Assembly (NCBI RefSeq): GCF_964204645.1
Contig: NC_134032.1
Span: 12,078,275 to 12,142,274 of the forward strand
Direction of reading: 5' to 3'
Source: Tubulanus polymorphus
Lineage: Eukaryota > Animalia > Nemertea
Length of the DNA stretch: 64,000 nucleotides
A model generated the notes under the pieces. That model ran no database searches. It was not told the origin of the DNA and saw only the letters and a list, made by a program, of their open reading frames with translations. Below, in pieces: positions 40,227 to 53,500 of this stretch (positions are counted from its first letter, which is position 1; each line of letters begins with the position of its first letter). Both the position numbers and the translations under genes were made by a program.

Positions 40227-42556
40227 TTAGGCTAGGTAATTTAATGATAGGTGGATATATGGGGACTGACATCTTTTGTATCACTTTACATATTGTCAAA
40301 TACAAATACATGCATGTATACAATGCATTTAGCAGGTAATCTCTCAAGGTAGTGATGATACCGTATAAAACAAGGTTTCTACACAATTAACCATGTAACT
40401 CACAATGGAAACGATTAACCTTCATTTAATTCGTTTTTACGACTGCGCGTATGAATATTTCATGAATTCCACAACAACAACCACGGTAGGTGGATATAAA
40501 AACGGATATACCCTCCCCTCCGAATCTAACGAGATTTAGCGTTCAATTACTCGTCGAACGCTACAGCGGTGCATCCCCGGTAGATCAGTCCGATATCTCC
40601 TGGTATACTCATCCTCGCTTGCCCGACTGCAGTTAGCATTTGAATGTTGGCTAAGGGGGCAGAGGAACCCTGAAGAGGGCACACAACTAAAGTGAAACAC
40701 CGATATGATTCTTCGTATGGGCGTTACACTAGGCAAAAACTCTGGCCTATGATAAAATGCTTGACAGTTCCAAGTGAAAAGTTATACATAGTTTTTACAT
40801 TTAAATGTCATACATTTGATATAACAATATTTGCAAAAAGGGCACTTTTCCAAAATTTCTGCACAAAGTACCTACAGAGTTCCTACAAACCGAAACCACT
40901 TCCAATGATATTTACTAAGTCTAAAGTCTGATAGAAATTCGCAACTTGTTTTCATATCTTAACCTATACTTAGCATAACACTCAGGGCCTTATTAGCAGG
41001 TTTAAAGTTTCCTTTTCCCTCTCAACCCACTTAGCACTTTTCCGGGCCTCATTAGCAGTTCAAGGTTCCTAATTCCTACTTATGGGAGAAGACAGGTTAG
41101 AGAAGAACAACAAGAACCTCTACCACCCACCATCAATATTAGAACGTCATCCACGTCGCCTCATAAGTAATTCTAAAAACCCCGTTTAATGCATGTTATT
41201 TTCAGAATGCCTATAAAATCTGCTCGCAAGTCGTGATTTCGAAGATATCGAATCGCTTCGAACCCTATGAACCCTGAATTCACGTTTGAAATGTTTACTT
41301 GAAATCAAAACCATCAGGAATTAAAGATAGCCACGTCAAAATCTCGATGAATATCTTCAAAATCGTCTGCGTTTACGACCTTTTTCTCGTCTGCCCCGCT
41401 GTTAAAAGTGATCGATGGTTTCGTCGGAAACTCGACAGAGACAGTTCAGATGATGCTGTAACTATCACGGAAACGGAGAACGGTAAATTCGTCAACTGTC
41501 ATCTTTAAATCATCCACCATTTTATACGACTGTCGGCGAAACGCGCCCAGACGTGCTCGCGAATTAATTTGGCTCGTGAAAATGACATGAATTGTGACGA
41601 AAAAAATAGATGTTACGATTGATGAATGCGGCATCGTAAAAACGGCGAAGAGTGTGATGCATCATATCACCAGAGAACTAGAAACGACGAAAATATGGAG
41701 AGGGACTGTTGGAAAGAATAAGATTGCGATAGGAAAAATAGAAGGATGGGTGGGGAGATCGGGGTGTGAAACAGAGGTAAAAGATGGTCGGGCGAAGGTG
41801 AAAGGAGACAAAATTTATGAGAGTGAAGAGGGAGAGAGATTAATATGTTAGGGAGGGGAAGAGAGGTAAAGGGCACAGGGGATATCGCAGGAATGGAGAA
41901 AAGAGAAGAGTGAACTAAGAGGGTATAAACTAAACGAGAAAGATGAGAAAGGAAGAGAGTTGAAGCGGAGAGAGAGAGACGATATAAGAGAAGAGTCAGA
42001 GCGTAAGAGAGAGATAGAAAGAGTGGCGAGAGTGAGAAGAGAGAAGAGATGGTGGTTTGTGTAATGTTTACTGAGGCAGAATATTCTGATTTCTGTGAAG
42101 ACGCCGAAAAGAAAATCCTCATCTGTTTGTTTATTACGGAAAGTCGTCCGCCGGCAAATCTCGTTCTAATTTCGTATTCATCGTTTTTGTGAAAGGCAGA
42201 CGGGGGAACCAGCTGATCCATATCGTAATCTCAGTCTGTCAAATTTCCATCGAAGGCGACTCGCTCTCAGCGGGCACATGTCAAACAGTCATTACTAATT
42301 CATTTATATGGCCGTGAACCGGGTAGAAGACACTAATTCGAGGTTTCATCCCTGAACGGAAATCAGGAATGGTTTATTTCAATGTCAACTAGTATTCTAG
42401 CGCGGTGGCGGTTGTCTGTCTACAGCTGTAAGAAACGGTGATAGGCGTGCCCCAAACCATTCATTGATGTTGACTCTCTGCCGGCATTCGAATGTCAGCT
42501 TTTTCAGTGAAATTGATCTGGAGTCAAGTTAAACGCACCCGACACATTACTGTATA

Positions 42557-42872
42557 ATTGGGTCTAGAGTCAAATCTGTGTCCAGTTACTGTTTCCAGAG
42601 TCAAATCGTACCCACACATAACTGAGGAGCTGAGTCTAGAATCAAATCAACCCACAAAACTGCGGAACTGAATTCAGAGTCAAATCAATGAATAAACCCA
42701 CACAACTGTGGAACTGGATTCAGAGTCAAAATACACACACAACTGTGGAACTGGGTGCAAAGTCAAATAAAACCCACACAACCTTGGAACTGGATCCAAA
42801 GTCAAATAGAAGCCACACAACCGTGGAACTGGATCCAGAGTCAAATTAAACCCACACAACACTGTGGAACTG
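42557..42872 (-). repeat. ~39-bp family array
   Basis: aaacccacacaactgtggaactggatccagagtcaaat units. Confidence 0.9.
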
Positions 42873-42957
42873 AAATCGCTTCGATATTATGAGATCTATA
42901 CAAATCTTACTTACGCGCAATGCAACTTGGGAAGCGATCCGGGAATACCTAAACTTC

Positions 42958-43053
42958 CTGCGGCCCAGTGAGCGGTTCCGGTAAGAAAGCTGCGGCCCAG
43001 TGAGTGGTTCCGGTAAGAAAGCTGCGGCCCAGTGAGTGGTTCCGGTAAGAAAG
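42958..43053. repeat. Three tandem copies of a 32-bp unit
   Basis: cggcccagtgag(c/t)ggttccggtaagaaag at 42961, 42993 and 43025. Confidence 0.95.
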
Positions 43054-45059
43054 CCTCTCTCTGCCAACCTCTCTCTTCTCTCCGTCGCTAAAATTGTTCG
43101 TATTTTCGTAACGAGTTCGTTTAACGTCGCCAACGACCGACGAGCCTCGTTCTCATTATTCATCGTCTGCTGATGATGTATAGTCACATTTTGTCGGTTG
43201 TTTTAAAGGTCAGCGGAAACGCTTCACGTCATCGCCCCAGGGCCCCTGATTTTAAGAAACAAATTAAGATTACGCTGTTATGACGAATATTCTAATTTCC
43301 CTCAAATGATTTCAACCATTAGAATTAATTCCTCAAAAGCTTTGCCTTGATCGGAGCACAATTTTACAAAGCAATTTTGTTGTAATTAGATTTAAAAAAC
43401 TAAATGCATTACCAGTGCTGGGTGGCAAGCGAGTTCGAGTCTTGCTGGCTGCTTAGGCCAACATTATGCGGGCAAGATTTCAATAGGCTTCCTTAATCTA
43501 ACCGGTCTCCCCAGGCCCAGTTTTAGATGTTCGCCATTTTTGGACAAAACGAAGCTGTGGGCGGGCCCGAATTACAAATCGACTTAAAGTTTTATCAATT
43601 ATAGTAGCCTAATAATACACCGATGAACGGGCCTCTGGACTTTTCCTTTTTGTGAAAACAACTGTGAAAGTATCGCCGATTGTTCAAGGCACAACTATGA
43701 GAACATTAGACCACGAAAACCGTTCAAAATGACAGATGTTGCAAACATTGTCTACACCCGCTCGTAACGGTCGTAATCTACGCGAAGAAAAATAGTGCAA
43801 ATTTGTCACACAGCGCTTACTTTCAATTTACAAGCGGATAGATTTATTACCCGTCAATGAAATGTGTCTGTTGAGAGTCTGAGCTGAACGAACGTTTTCG
43901 TTGAGCAGTTAAAAGGCAGTTTTTGTGTCTGGTTCTCGGCAGTGTTTGGCAGCAGGCGACGCGTCGTCGCCGAGAGTTTTAGTTTGTTTAACGATCGTGG
44001 ATGTGCATCATTATCTCAGTATCGTCTGTCAACACTGTCCTATAACAACGACGACATCTACAATCATTCGGCTAATGTCGACTATAAACAGCTTCCATTA
44101 ATTCATCCAATGACATCATTACCTAATCCTCTGTGTAGCATTAAAGAAAGGAATTTTGTTTCTATATTAATCTGTTTTAAGGAATCGTTTCATTTATTCC
44201 TTCATTTCCCATGATATCACGTCCAGATATTCGTCACCTATCCCATTAATAGGACTATGGCAACGTTTATGGAGGACCTCTAGGTACTATTTTAGGATCC
44301 TCCGCCTTACGCATCTTGAAGCCATCAAACTTACGTATGCCTTCATAGAAGGCGGCCATCTTTGTTGTCAAAAGTTTTTTTTAGAAACGGTCTCCTAAGC
44401 TACCTAGTAACTTAATAGCCATAATATAACCACGATGGTCGCTAGGTTAACCGACGATCTGTCAACTAAGCATCTAATATTTGTGTGAACAGCGCAAAGC
44501 CTCGACACGAAACAGACAAGATCAGACAGAGTGGATGTGATTTATGATCCTCGAAATCTCGACTTGAGATTTTCCAATCACTCGAAAATCTCATTTGTAA
44601 ATCTCAAATCACCTCGTTTACATTTTCGAGGCAGAGCAGATGAGAATTGAATGAGACAGCGCAGACGTCGCGGAACAAAGTGCAAGTGCTGAGAGTTCGT
44701 TTTGTTGAAGTGAAGTGTCAAACGCGGGTTCTTCACTTGACGCACTATCGCGTTGGAATATTTTTGAATATTCCATTCACCGCGCCAGAACGTGAACACG
44801 CCAGAAATCTCAGCCGTTTCGGATTTGTTTTTGAATGAGCACAGCGTGTAAACATACGACTAGAACGGAGCCTCGGGCTCTGACGAGGGAAAACGGAAGG
44901 ATACGTTCCAGAGACAAGCATTTTTAAAAATGTTGACATTAGCCGAAAGGAATATTTAGTCTTGTCTTTTGTTAGTCGGTTATTTAGCCGTTTGGCAACC
45001 TTTGCTAATTCGGTGTAGCTGCAAGAAGTACAGTGTTAAAATTGATAATAACTGAGAAC

Positions 45060-45245
45060 TAGTGGATCTGCACTTGCCATAATTGGAATCAGCTATTGCA
45101 ACAGTAGTAACCTACTGCACACTAATGCCACCTGGTGGATCCTCACTTGCCATCGATTGGAATCATCTATTGCAACAGTAATATCCTACTGCACACTAAA
45201 TGACAGTTGGTGGATCCTCACTTGCCACAGATGAACTCATCTATT
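45060..45245 (-). repeat. 76-bp family array, inverted orientation
   Basis: ggtggatcctcacttgcca units. Confidence 0.85.
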
Positions 45246-45312
45246 CATATGGTAGATAATACGTGAAGTCTATTACAATGTAATAGACTTCACGTATTAT
45301 CTACCATATGAA
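45244..45312. other. Perfect 69-bp palindrome (34-bp arms, 1-nt centre)
   Basis: ttcatatggtagataatacgtgaagtctattaca-a-tgtaatagacttcacgtattatctaccatatgaa. Confidence 0.95.
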
Positions 45313-45987
45313 ACATGTCATGTTTTCGAAAATTATCAAAAATTAGTCTCGGCGAGAGGCTTAGAAAAAGCGCCGTATTTCCAATTATAAAAGTTTGTCG
45401 TCGCTTTGTGGTTGAATCTTAATCAGTTCTTAAATATAAATTTGATTATCTGAGATGAAATGACTATTCGATGCACCGAGAATTATAACCGTGGTCTATT
45501 CATTTCAATTCTGCAACTGAAATCAGTTTTCCTCGGGCAAGAATATCCAAATAAGATGATTGTTCTTTTTTGTTGAGTATGTTTCATGTAAATTGTGTCG
45601 GTTATTTTCGAGTATAATGGTTGTTTCATAATCAATTTGCCAAGATACCATGAAAATGAGAGACCTGGTTTCGCATACGGAAAGGAACAAGTTGCAGTTT
45701 TCTCATCAACTCACGATGTATTACTACGGCTTCGTCGTAACAATCGATGCAAGAAATACAAAATCAAAAGGCAACTGTCTGAGATTTTTTCTTCTTTTTG
45801 TTTTCTGCTATACGAAAAGTGCAAGACCAAATTAGATTTATGTCCGTGTTCAAGATACCGATGACATTCAAGAAATAAGACTTAATGTTTTAAGTCAGTT
45901 GTCTGGAGAGGAAGCGGCTCCCAGAGGAGTGTGCGCTAATTCGACATAAAACGCACACGAGAGCAATTGACACTACACGTGACTTAC

Positions 45988-46055
45988 AAGTCGGTCCTGA
46001 ACCAAATTTTTCGTGTAAGCAACGGTTTCTGGACCAAATGAGAACTTGAAGCGCT
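45988..46055 (-). CDS. Candidate 68-nt exon (e.g. RFKFSFGPETVAYTKNLVQDRL)
   Basis: Acceptor ttatttcag| and donor |gtaagtc. All three frames are open. Confidence 0.3.
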
Positions 46056-46461
46056 CTGAAATAACTGCCCTTCGTTGTACGTGGTTTTTGTAAAACACTC
46101 GTGGAATTATGCCAAGGGCATGGCACTCGGTTTCTGAATCAAAATCACAATATTTTCTTCAATTCATTTCGTCAGTTCGTATTTACTTAATCAGTGTGAC
46201 GCATAGACCCGCGCTGGTTAGGATCTAACCTCTACAAGCAGACGACACCTAACACGGTTGTACAGTATGTATAATGTGACGTGTAATATCCGTTTGGCAG
46301 AAAATGACCTGTCAGATTCTAAGCCAGAGAAAAACAGATATTTGACAGAAGGCCAAATAATCCTTAAAGAACGAGGCTAAATCAGAGGAACCTCTATCAG
46401 TGATATATGAATTAGCAGAGCCGGATTTGACCACTGCTGTAATCCATAGCACTCAGCATCG

Positions 46462-47045
46462 TCCACAGTTGTGTAGGTTTAATTTCTGACTCCAGGCCCA
46501 GCTCTACTGTGTGGGTTTATTTGTTTGACTCTGGATCCAGTTACACAGTCGTGTGGGTTTAAATGAATCTGGATCCAGTTCCACAATTGTGTGGGTTTAA
46601 ATGAATCTGGATCCAGTTCCACAATTGTGTGGATTTGAATGATTCTGAACCCAGCTCTACAGTGCCGACTCTGGTTCGACAGGTGGATTTTATTTGACCC
46701 TGGAACCAGCTCTACTGTGTGGGTTTAGTTTTATTCTGGATCTAGTTCCATAATTGTGTGGATTTGAATGATTCTGAACCCAGCTCTACCGTGTCGACTC
46801 TGGATCCAGTTCGACAGTTGTGTGGGTTTGATTTCGCCCTGGACCCAGCTCTACAGCTGGGCGGGTTTCATTCGACTCTGGACCCAGTTCCACAGTTATG
46901 TGGGTTTGCTTAATCTTACTCTAAACCCAGTTCCAAAGCTGTGTGGATTTCATTCATCGACTCTGGAGCCATTTCCTCGGTTAAATGGGTGTAACTCGAT
47001 TCTAAATCTATTTCCAGTTCTGCGGGTTTTAGACTCTGGACCCAG
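46462..47045 (+). repeat. ~39-bp minisatellite family (gactctggatccagttccacagttgtgtgggttt), ~14 units
   Basis: Tandem degenerate units. Inverted arrays at ~24050-24235, ~42557-42872 and ~56655-56945. Confidence 0.9.
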
Positions 47046-48152
47046 TGCAAGTGTTGAAATATATGCATTAATTTTATCTTGTTAAATATGTTCTAATAAA
47101 TGCAATGGATTTTGCATCTCCATCATCTCAGTGTAGCTCGGTATATCTTCTTTTTATGAGGAGACATGCGGTTTTCACTTGAAGTGTTTTACCATTAAAC
47201 GGCATCAGAGAAGTGTTTTCGAAGTTGTGAAAAACTAGCGAGCATTGACTATAAAAAGTGACATCGAAACCTGAGACGAGTAAAGACTGTAGACATTTTC
47301 AGCTCTCACAGCGAAACTGAACATGCCGAGTGTCAGTCCCGATTGCAGCATATTGCACCACTTGAAACCTTATTCCAGCAATTCTGACATAATCTTCCTG
47401 AAAACTTAGATTAACAAACGAGAAACAAGATACACAAGATAGATATTGGTGAAATCGCTGAACCGCTGAACCGCTTATACAAATATATATTTTAGATAAA
47501 CAAGAATCGTGGAAAAACCTCACCAAAAACTGGACCGGCCAAACTCCGCAATTATGTCAGTTGGAACGGGTGCTGTTGCGTTAGTTCTGAACTATTATAC
47601 CGTGAATCAGAACTAATCGTATAGTTTTACTGCAGAAAGTCGTCGAAAATGAGAAGGTCGTCAGTCGAACCTCGACCGTCCTCGGGAAAATGAAGTATCA
47701 TCGTTTGATGAAATTTTTGAAAAAGAATTCCATGATTTCCTGAAGAGACACCAGCACCACACTAGAAAAGTTTATCGCATTGTGTGACCAGCGCCACCAC
47801 TACGACGCGTAATAACCTTCCGAGTCGATCTCGAGTCCGCAAGGGGTAACTCAATGTGGACCATCCTACCTTGGAGTAATCCTTGGAGTAATCAGTCTGA
47901 TTACCCCAAGATCCTACTAAGCGCGTTTATTTACTATAGGAATGGATTTTACATCGTAAAGCCAGGGAGTTTCGTTTTAACGTGATCGTACTTATAGCAA
48001 ATATCTTTATAGGAAAATAAATGCTATAAGAAAAGCAAGGAATTCTTAACTTCTTCGTATTACTGAGGTTTACGTCGTAAGCCGACTCGTCATAACGAAG
48101 CTCGGCTGTAATCGTAATTTTACTGAAATCACAGAGAGTGAGGAGGACGTTA

Positions 48153-48508
48153 AGCCTAGCGCACATCGACACTGCGATTGGAGACAACTAGTTGCTACCG
48201 AACGGTTACCCCGCGCACATCGAAATCTATACAACCGGTCAGTTGCAGCAACTGCATGGCGCGTGTCGATCGTCGAGATCCAGAGCGCGCACATCGACGG
48301 ATATGACTGCGATTGAGTACAACCAGTTGCTCAAAAGTAGAACATGGGCAACTGGCTGGAACTGGAGATAGATCGACGCTTACCAAACGTAAGCTCGCTC
48401 ACATCGACACATTCAAGCAACTGATCGTATCCAGCCAGTTCCTCTCATGCGCCGAAAACTGCCTTGCAACTAGTTGTCTCCAATCGCAGTGTCGATGTGC
48501 GCTAGGCT
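48153..48508. mobile_element. MITE with perfect 43-bp TIRs and TTA TSD (Tourist/PIF-Harbinger-like)
   Basis: tta|agcctagcgcacatcgacactgcgattggagacaactagttgc ... exact reverse complement |tta. Internal gcgcacatcga subrepeats. Confidence 0.9.
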
Positions 48509-48794
48509 TTACAAGTACGATCATAATTTCACTGAATAGTCGTAGACATTATTGATAAGGAGAAAGTCGTCAATAATTCGAGTCATCTTATGAGTTACGC
48601 TGGGAAGTATGTATTTATTTCCTGGGAACTGGCGTAACTCGTTCATGTTCACCGACTGACGAAGCTAATATCGGAACACTTTAGTGTGACGAAGGACAAA
48701 CTCCACCTCTGATAATACTAATCGCTGAAAAAAATTGTAAATGGGATTCTATATTATTCACAGGCGCAACGTTACTATCGACCTTTCAGTCTGG

Positions 48795-49250
48795 ATAGAA
48801 TCTCTGTCTCTTACTGGCGGTAAAGATGAGTTGGTGTCAAATACCGAGTACGAGTTTGGGAAATACAGTAGACTCTGTCTCTAACTGCGGTAAAGTTGAG
48901 AGCGCGGTAAAATTCTATTCCGAGTTGGAGTAAAATACTGAGTAAGAGTTTGTGAAATACAGTAGACCCAGTCTCTTACTGCGGTAAAATTGAGACTCGT
49001 CAAATTCTATCCCGAGTTGCTGTCAAATACTGAGTAAGAGTTTGTGAAGTACAGTAGACTCTGAATCTTACTGCGGTAAACTTGAGAGCGCGGTAAAATT
49101 CTATCCCGAGTTGGAGTCAAATGCTGAGTAAAGAGTTTGTGAAATACAGTTGATTGTGTGTCTCCGCAGTTAAGTTACCGCAGTAAAGCTGAGGCTAAAA
49201 GAATAATTCTATCCCGAGTTGAATGGAATCAAATACCGAACAAGAGTTTG
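48795..49250 (-). repeat. 91-bp family array, ~5 units
   Basis: aattctatcccgagttg...aaatactgagtaagagtttgtgaaatacagt units, reverse complement of the 11.3-kb array. Confidence 0.9.
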
Positions 49251-49975
49251 AGGAAAAGAGACGAACTGTCATCTTGAATTTGTTTATTCCTTATGTCATT
49301 TTCGTGCGTAGGCCCAATCACTAAATTACTCTGACAGATCTGATTCAGCCGCCGAAGTCAATCCCAGACGAACAAATAGAAAATTGTTTCTCAGAATCAC
49401 AATTTAGGCCTTATACAATGGATGCCCGTCCTTGAGATGTATATGTAAGTTTATTAATTTTGTCATCTCATAACCGCTGTGTTGACGTCAATTTGTTTTT
49501 CTCAAGCCTTACATGCAACTTCATAACGCCAACTCATAATACTTAAGTTGTTTTCCGAGTAAGAAATGCATTTCATCAATATGTCTTCTTAAAGAAACAA
49601 TAAGACTGACTCCCGTTCTCGCCTGTCCTCTCACTAACCCACCCTTCTCCCGCTTTTATTCGACACCCTTCTGATATCACTCCCTCTCGTTTGCAGAGAA
49701 CAAGCGATGGCTCTTCGAGAGTGATAATGAGTTGCCTAGAAACCGCGACATCTATTGTATTTTCAGCGAACTGCCGAGGAGCGTCGCCGGAGAAAATTCT
49801 AGTGTTTACAATTAAACGCCCTGCCTGAATCATATTTTGCTTCAACCGCCGAAAGCCTGTTTCTGGCCTGATGCAGCCGAGGGAATTTGCGGATTGGAAT
49901 TTTCGGTTGAGACTTCAGCTACATTATGATACAGTGTCGTGGCAGAGGATCGGAGATGTGAACAGGTTTACTTAC

Positions 49976-50010
49976 CGGGCAGTGGTGGTGGAGGGAGGCG
50001 TTTCAGAGCT
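49976..50010 (-). CDS. Candidate 35-nt exon (SSETPPSTTTA or ALKRLPPPPLP depending on phase)
   Basis: Acceptor ctatctgtctcctcgatcaacag| and donor CCG|gtaagta. Confidence 0.4.
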
Positions 50011-50326
50011 CTGTTGATCGAGGAGACAGATAGGGGGGTCGGGCGAGGCTCCCATTAATCACTTTATACAGAACAGTATTATTAATCACACAGCACGTGT
50101 ACATTGTACCTACTCACTCTTTAAGAGTCTCATGGGTGACATTTCTTACATAAACACGTATACAATCGGCACTGACCGGTGTGTGAGCAACCTAACCGAT
50201 CTTCTACGTCTTCACCAATCAGCGGCCATCGTCGATCGTGAAAATGATCAACCATGAAAATATCCAGGATAACACTGTTAGTAACTTAGAGTGATGTGGG
50301 TGTCAGGCAGTGAATACGTCCCTACG

Positions 50327-50548
50327 GAGGGAGAGGGAGAGGGAGAGGGAGAGGGAGAGGGAGAGGGAGAGGGAGAGGGAGAGGGAGAGGGAGAGGGAGA
50401 GGGAGAGGGAGAGGGAGAGGGAGAGGGAGAGGGAGAGGGAGAGGGAGAGGGAGAGGGAGAGGGAGAGGGAGAGGGAGAGGGAGAGGGAGAGGGAGAGGGA
50501 GAGGGAGAGGGAGAGGGAGAGGGAGAGGGAGAGGGAGAGGGAGAGGGA
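50327..50548 (+). repeat. Perfect (GAGGGA)37 microsatellite followed by a purine-rich tandem duplication
   Basis: 222 bp uninterrupted. Source of the EG/RE/LP pseudo-ORFs. Confidence 0.98.
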
Positions 50549-53500
50549 GGAGAAAGGGAGGGAGGGGGATTGGAGGAGGAGGGGAGAGGGAGAGGGAGGA
50601 GAAAGGGAGGGAGGAGGATTGGAGGAGGAGGGGAGAGGGAGGGATGATAGATGTATTCAGATCTTTCTTTTCCATCTCCGTTATCTCGGTGCCTTCACCC
50701 GACTATGCCATATTCTCTTCCCTCATCGCTCTATTCCTCTACCCCATCTACCTTCCAACATTAAACCACCCCTTCATTTTCCACTCCTTTCTCCCGCTCT
50801 TCTCACTCCAATCTTCACTTCAGAAACTTGATATCAATTATTATCGGTTCTTACCACCAGAGTTTAGAGAGAACGTGAATGAAACGTCACACCAAGTATC
50901 AGCCGCGTTGGGAATGAAATGTTTACATTCGTCCTACAGCCAGTCAACACTAAGTTGAGAGTACTATTAAAAGCTTTCTCTAGCTTTCTCTCTCTCTCTA
51001 GCCACCCCTCGAGGGTTTAAACACGCTCACAGGGGCCTAATTCCGTGTTCGTTCGTGGTCCACCAAGTGTGTTTATATCGATTAGCGGTAACTACTAATA
51101 AAACCAAACATGGGTGATTGACACAATCTCGTCTGGATAGCCGTGTACTACTTCATCGACCGTTGAAAGAAGTCCCGGCGCTGTCTCGACTGATTGTGAC
51201 AAAGCGTCATTGTGTCTTCTATATATGCGTAGAACGAGATAAGAAAACAGTCATTTTGGTCAACGTAACTAGATCTGTAACAGATAATATAGTTCCTGAT
51301 GTAAATTGAAACAATAGCACTTTATTTGGCAGCCTGTCATTGCGGAGCAGACAATCGCATCATCCGATTGAGTTAAAGTCGTCTTTCGGAAGCTATTTAT
51401 TAATTTGCATACGGTATATTCGCTCACAGATCCGGATAAATATACATAATCACATTTACCGTGGTGTTACTGACGCCTCAAAGCAAGTAAGGCACTCGAA
51501 CGCGATAAGATTCCGGCAACCGCGGATGGCACGGCTAAAAGTCGGTCATTATGTTTTTGAGTGAAAATTTGTTAGTTTTCAATCATGATTGGACGGGGTC
51601 GTCTCTTAAGCCCGTAAATCCGATTTCTATCACACGGGACTCAGAAAGATAATCTGTTTACTACCGGTGAAACTCGATTCAATATTTATCATAGAGACAT
51701 GAAAAGGAATAGACCTCCAAATGACCGAGGTACTACTAGCGCACCTGGTGGATCCTCGCTTGCCGCTGGCAGAATCTTTGCTTGCCACGGCATAGCATGA
51801 CCAGGTCGCATAAGAAAATGCGTAAATCGTGATGAAATACGAAAATAATGAATAAGCCTACAGTGAATCCGGGAGCGATACACAGAAGATATCGATTTTT
51901 ATTTGATTGAACTCGAGTCTGTTTGCACTTGGGAAGTTCGATGATCTCTTATTCTTATAAAATTGTGCACTTGACTTAGACGAGCAACATACTCAATGAC
52001 ATCAAACGCCCCCTCCCTCCAGAAATTCTTCGACGAAAACGGTGCCAAACCAGTATCCCTCCGAAACCAACGGTGTAATGCTAGTCCCCAGAAAATTTTC
52101 ACCCAAATGAAACCCTGCTCGCCATCAGAATCTCACTGCGGTTGTACATACAGCAAACTAGCCAATAAATCCATACAAAAACAACTTATTAATCTATCAT
52201 TTTTGACAACAACATGGCTGCGGCCTCTGTGGGGCGCAAATCGACAAAATCCAAACTAACCCGCGGATCAATACACGCTCTCGAGGAGCACGTGACCTAG
52301 TATGGATAATGACGTCAGAAAAATCGATAAAAGCTATTAGCGGTAATGTGTGTACAGTTAAAAGCTGTATTTCTAAAAAAGTCACAAAAATGGACCACTG
52401 TCGTAAATCAGAAAGTCCACGAAATTGGGGTGAAACATGCGAGTGATGTCGTCCTAGAAATATCGTTTTCTCGTTCGTTGCCACGTGACACAATTTCCAA
52501 AAAGTGGTACTATTGACACATCGATTTTTCACAACAGACTTTTTTTTATCGCGAGCAAACGAGATGAGTGGAAATTGTCATCACTAGGACGAAGGCGAAA
52601 TGAATTACTGGCAGTTCCGCGCTTTCGATGACGTTTTATGTTCGGTCCTTTTAAATGCGAGCAGATTTGTTTGGTAAGGTCAAGGCTAATAAGGATTCGA
52701 ACATGCTGATGGCATCGCGTGCCACTGCACGAGTCTAGCGATTCCATCGACGACGAATCCAGCGTTCACAGCTATGGCACAGGCTCACTGGGTCACACCA
52801 GACGATCTTCAATTGTGGCATTGTCTACTGGTGGTCGGAGCGGCATAAATCGAACGCAATTCGGTCCTTACGCATTTCACAGTGTTGGCCATCTTAAAAC
52901 TAGGTCCGGACCGCACAGCGACCGCGCTCAGGTTTCCGGTGGCAATGTCGAGACTATAGTTCCGAACAATCGGCCGGTTTCAATTCAGAGTTTGCAAATA
53001 TTCGAATAACACCGATAACCGAAGGTAACCCTAGTTGCAGGTTTCCGAAGTCACGGTTATCGGTTCTCGGGTCAGGGTTTCCTTGCCGGATTGTGACTGG
53101 TACCCGAGATCGACCTAGGTACATTTCCAAAGCTACGTAACTTTAATCCCAATAATTCGAATACACGAGCCTCGAAAAATTGTAAAAAAAAGAAAGACCA
53201 AAAGAATACAACTGACATTGCTCGTCAAAACAAGGGTTATTTTCTGCACATATCTGTCGAAATATCAGCAGTCTTACTATTTAAGTTCAGAGAAAAACAG
53301 ATTTTCAAGTTCACATATCAAAGCCGTTGTTTACGAAAAAAGCTGATTTTGCGGCTAGGATCTGCACAAGAGAAAATGTTTGCGTCGCTGTGTTGACTCT
53401 TAATGAATTAGTGTGAACATAACAAAATCTCAGGTCGTATAATCCGCTTAGTTGCGCCGCTGAGACTTTCACAAAAAAAAACCGTATCGGTGGCTTTTTT

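Noticed and set aside
41667-42221. Longest ORFs in the track (also 16649-17168)
   Set aside because: Leu/Ser/Pro/Phe-rich translations of CT-rich low-complexity tracts.
50291-50831. Long EG/RE/LP-repeat ORFs
   Set aside because: Translations of the (GAGGGA)n microsatellite.
52719-53009. Ser-rich + strand ORF (SSDSIDDESSVHSYGTGS...)
   Set aside because: GTG start just after a stop, no acceptor site, overlaps a SINE-like remnant, no recognisable domain.
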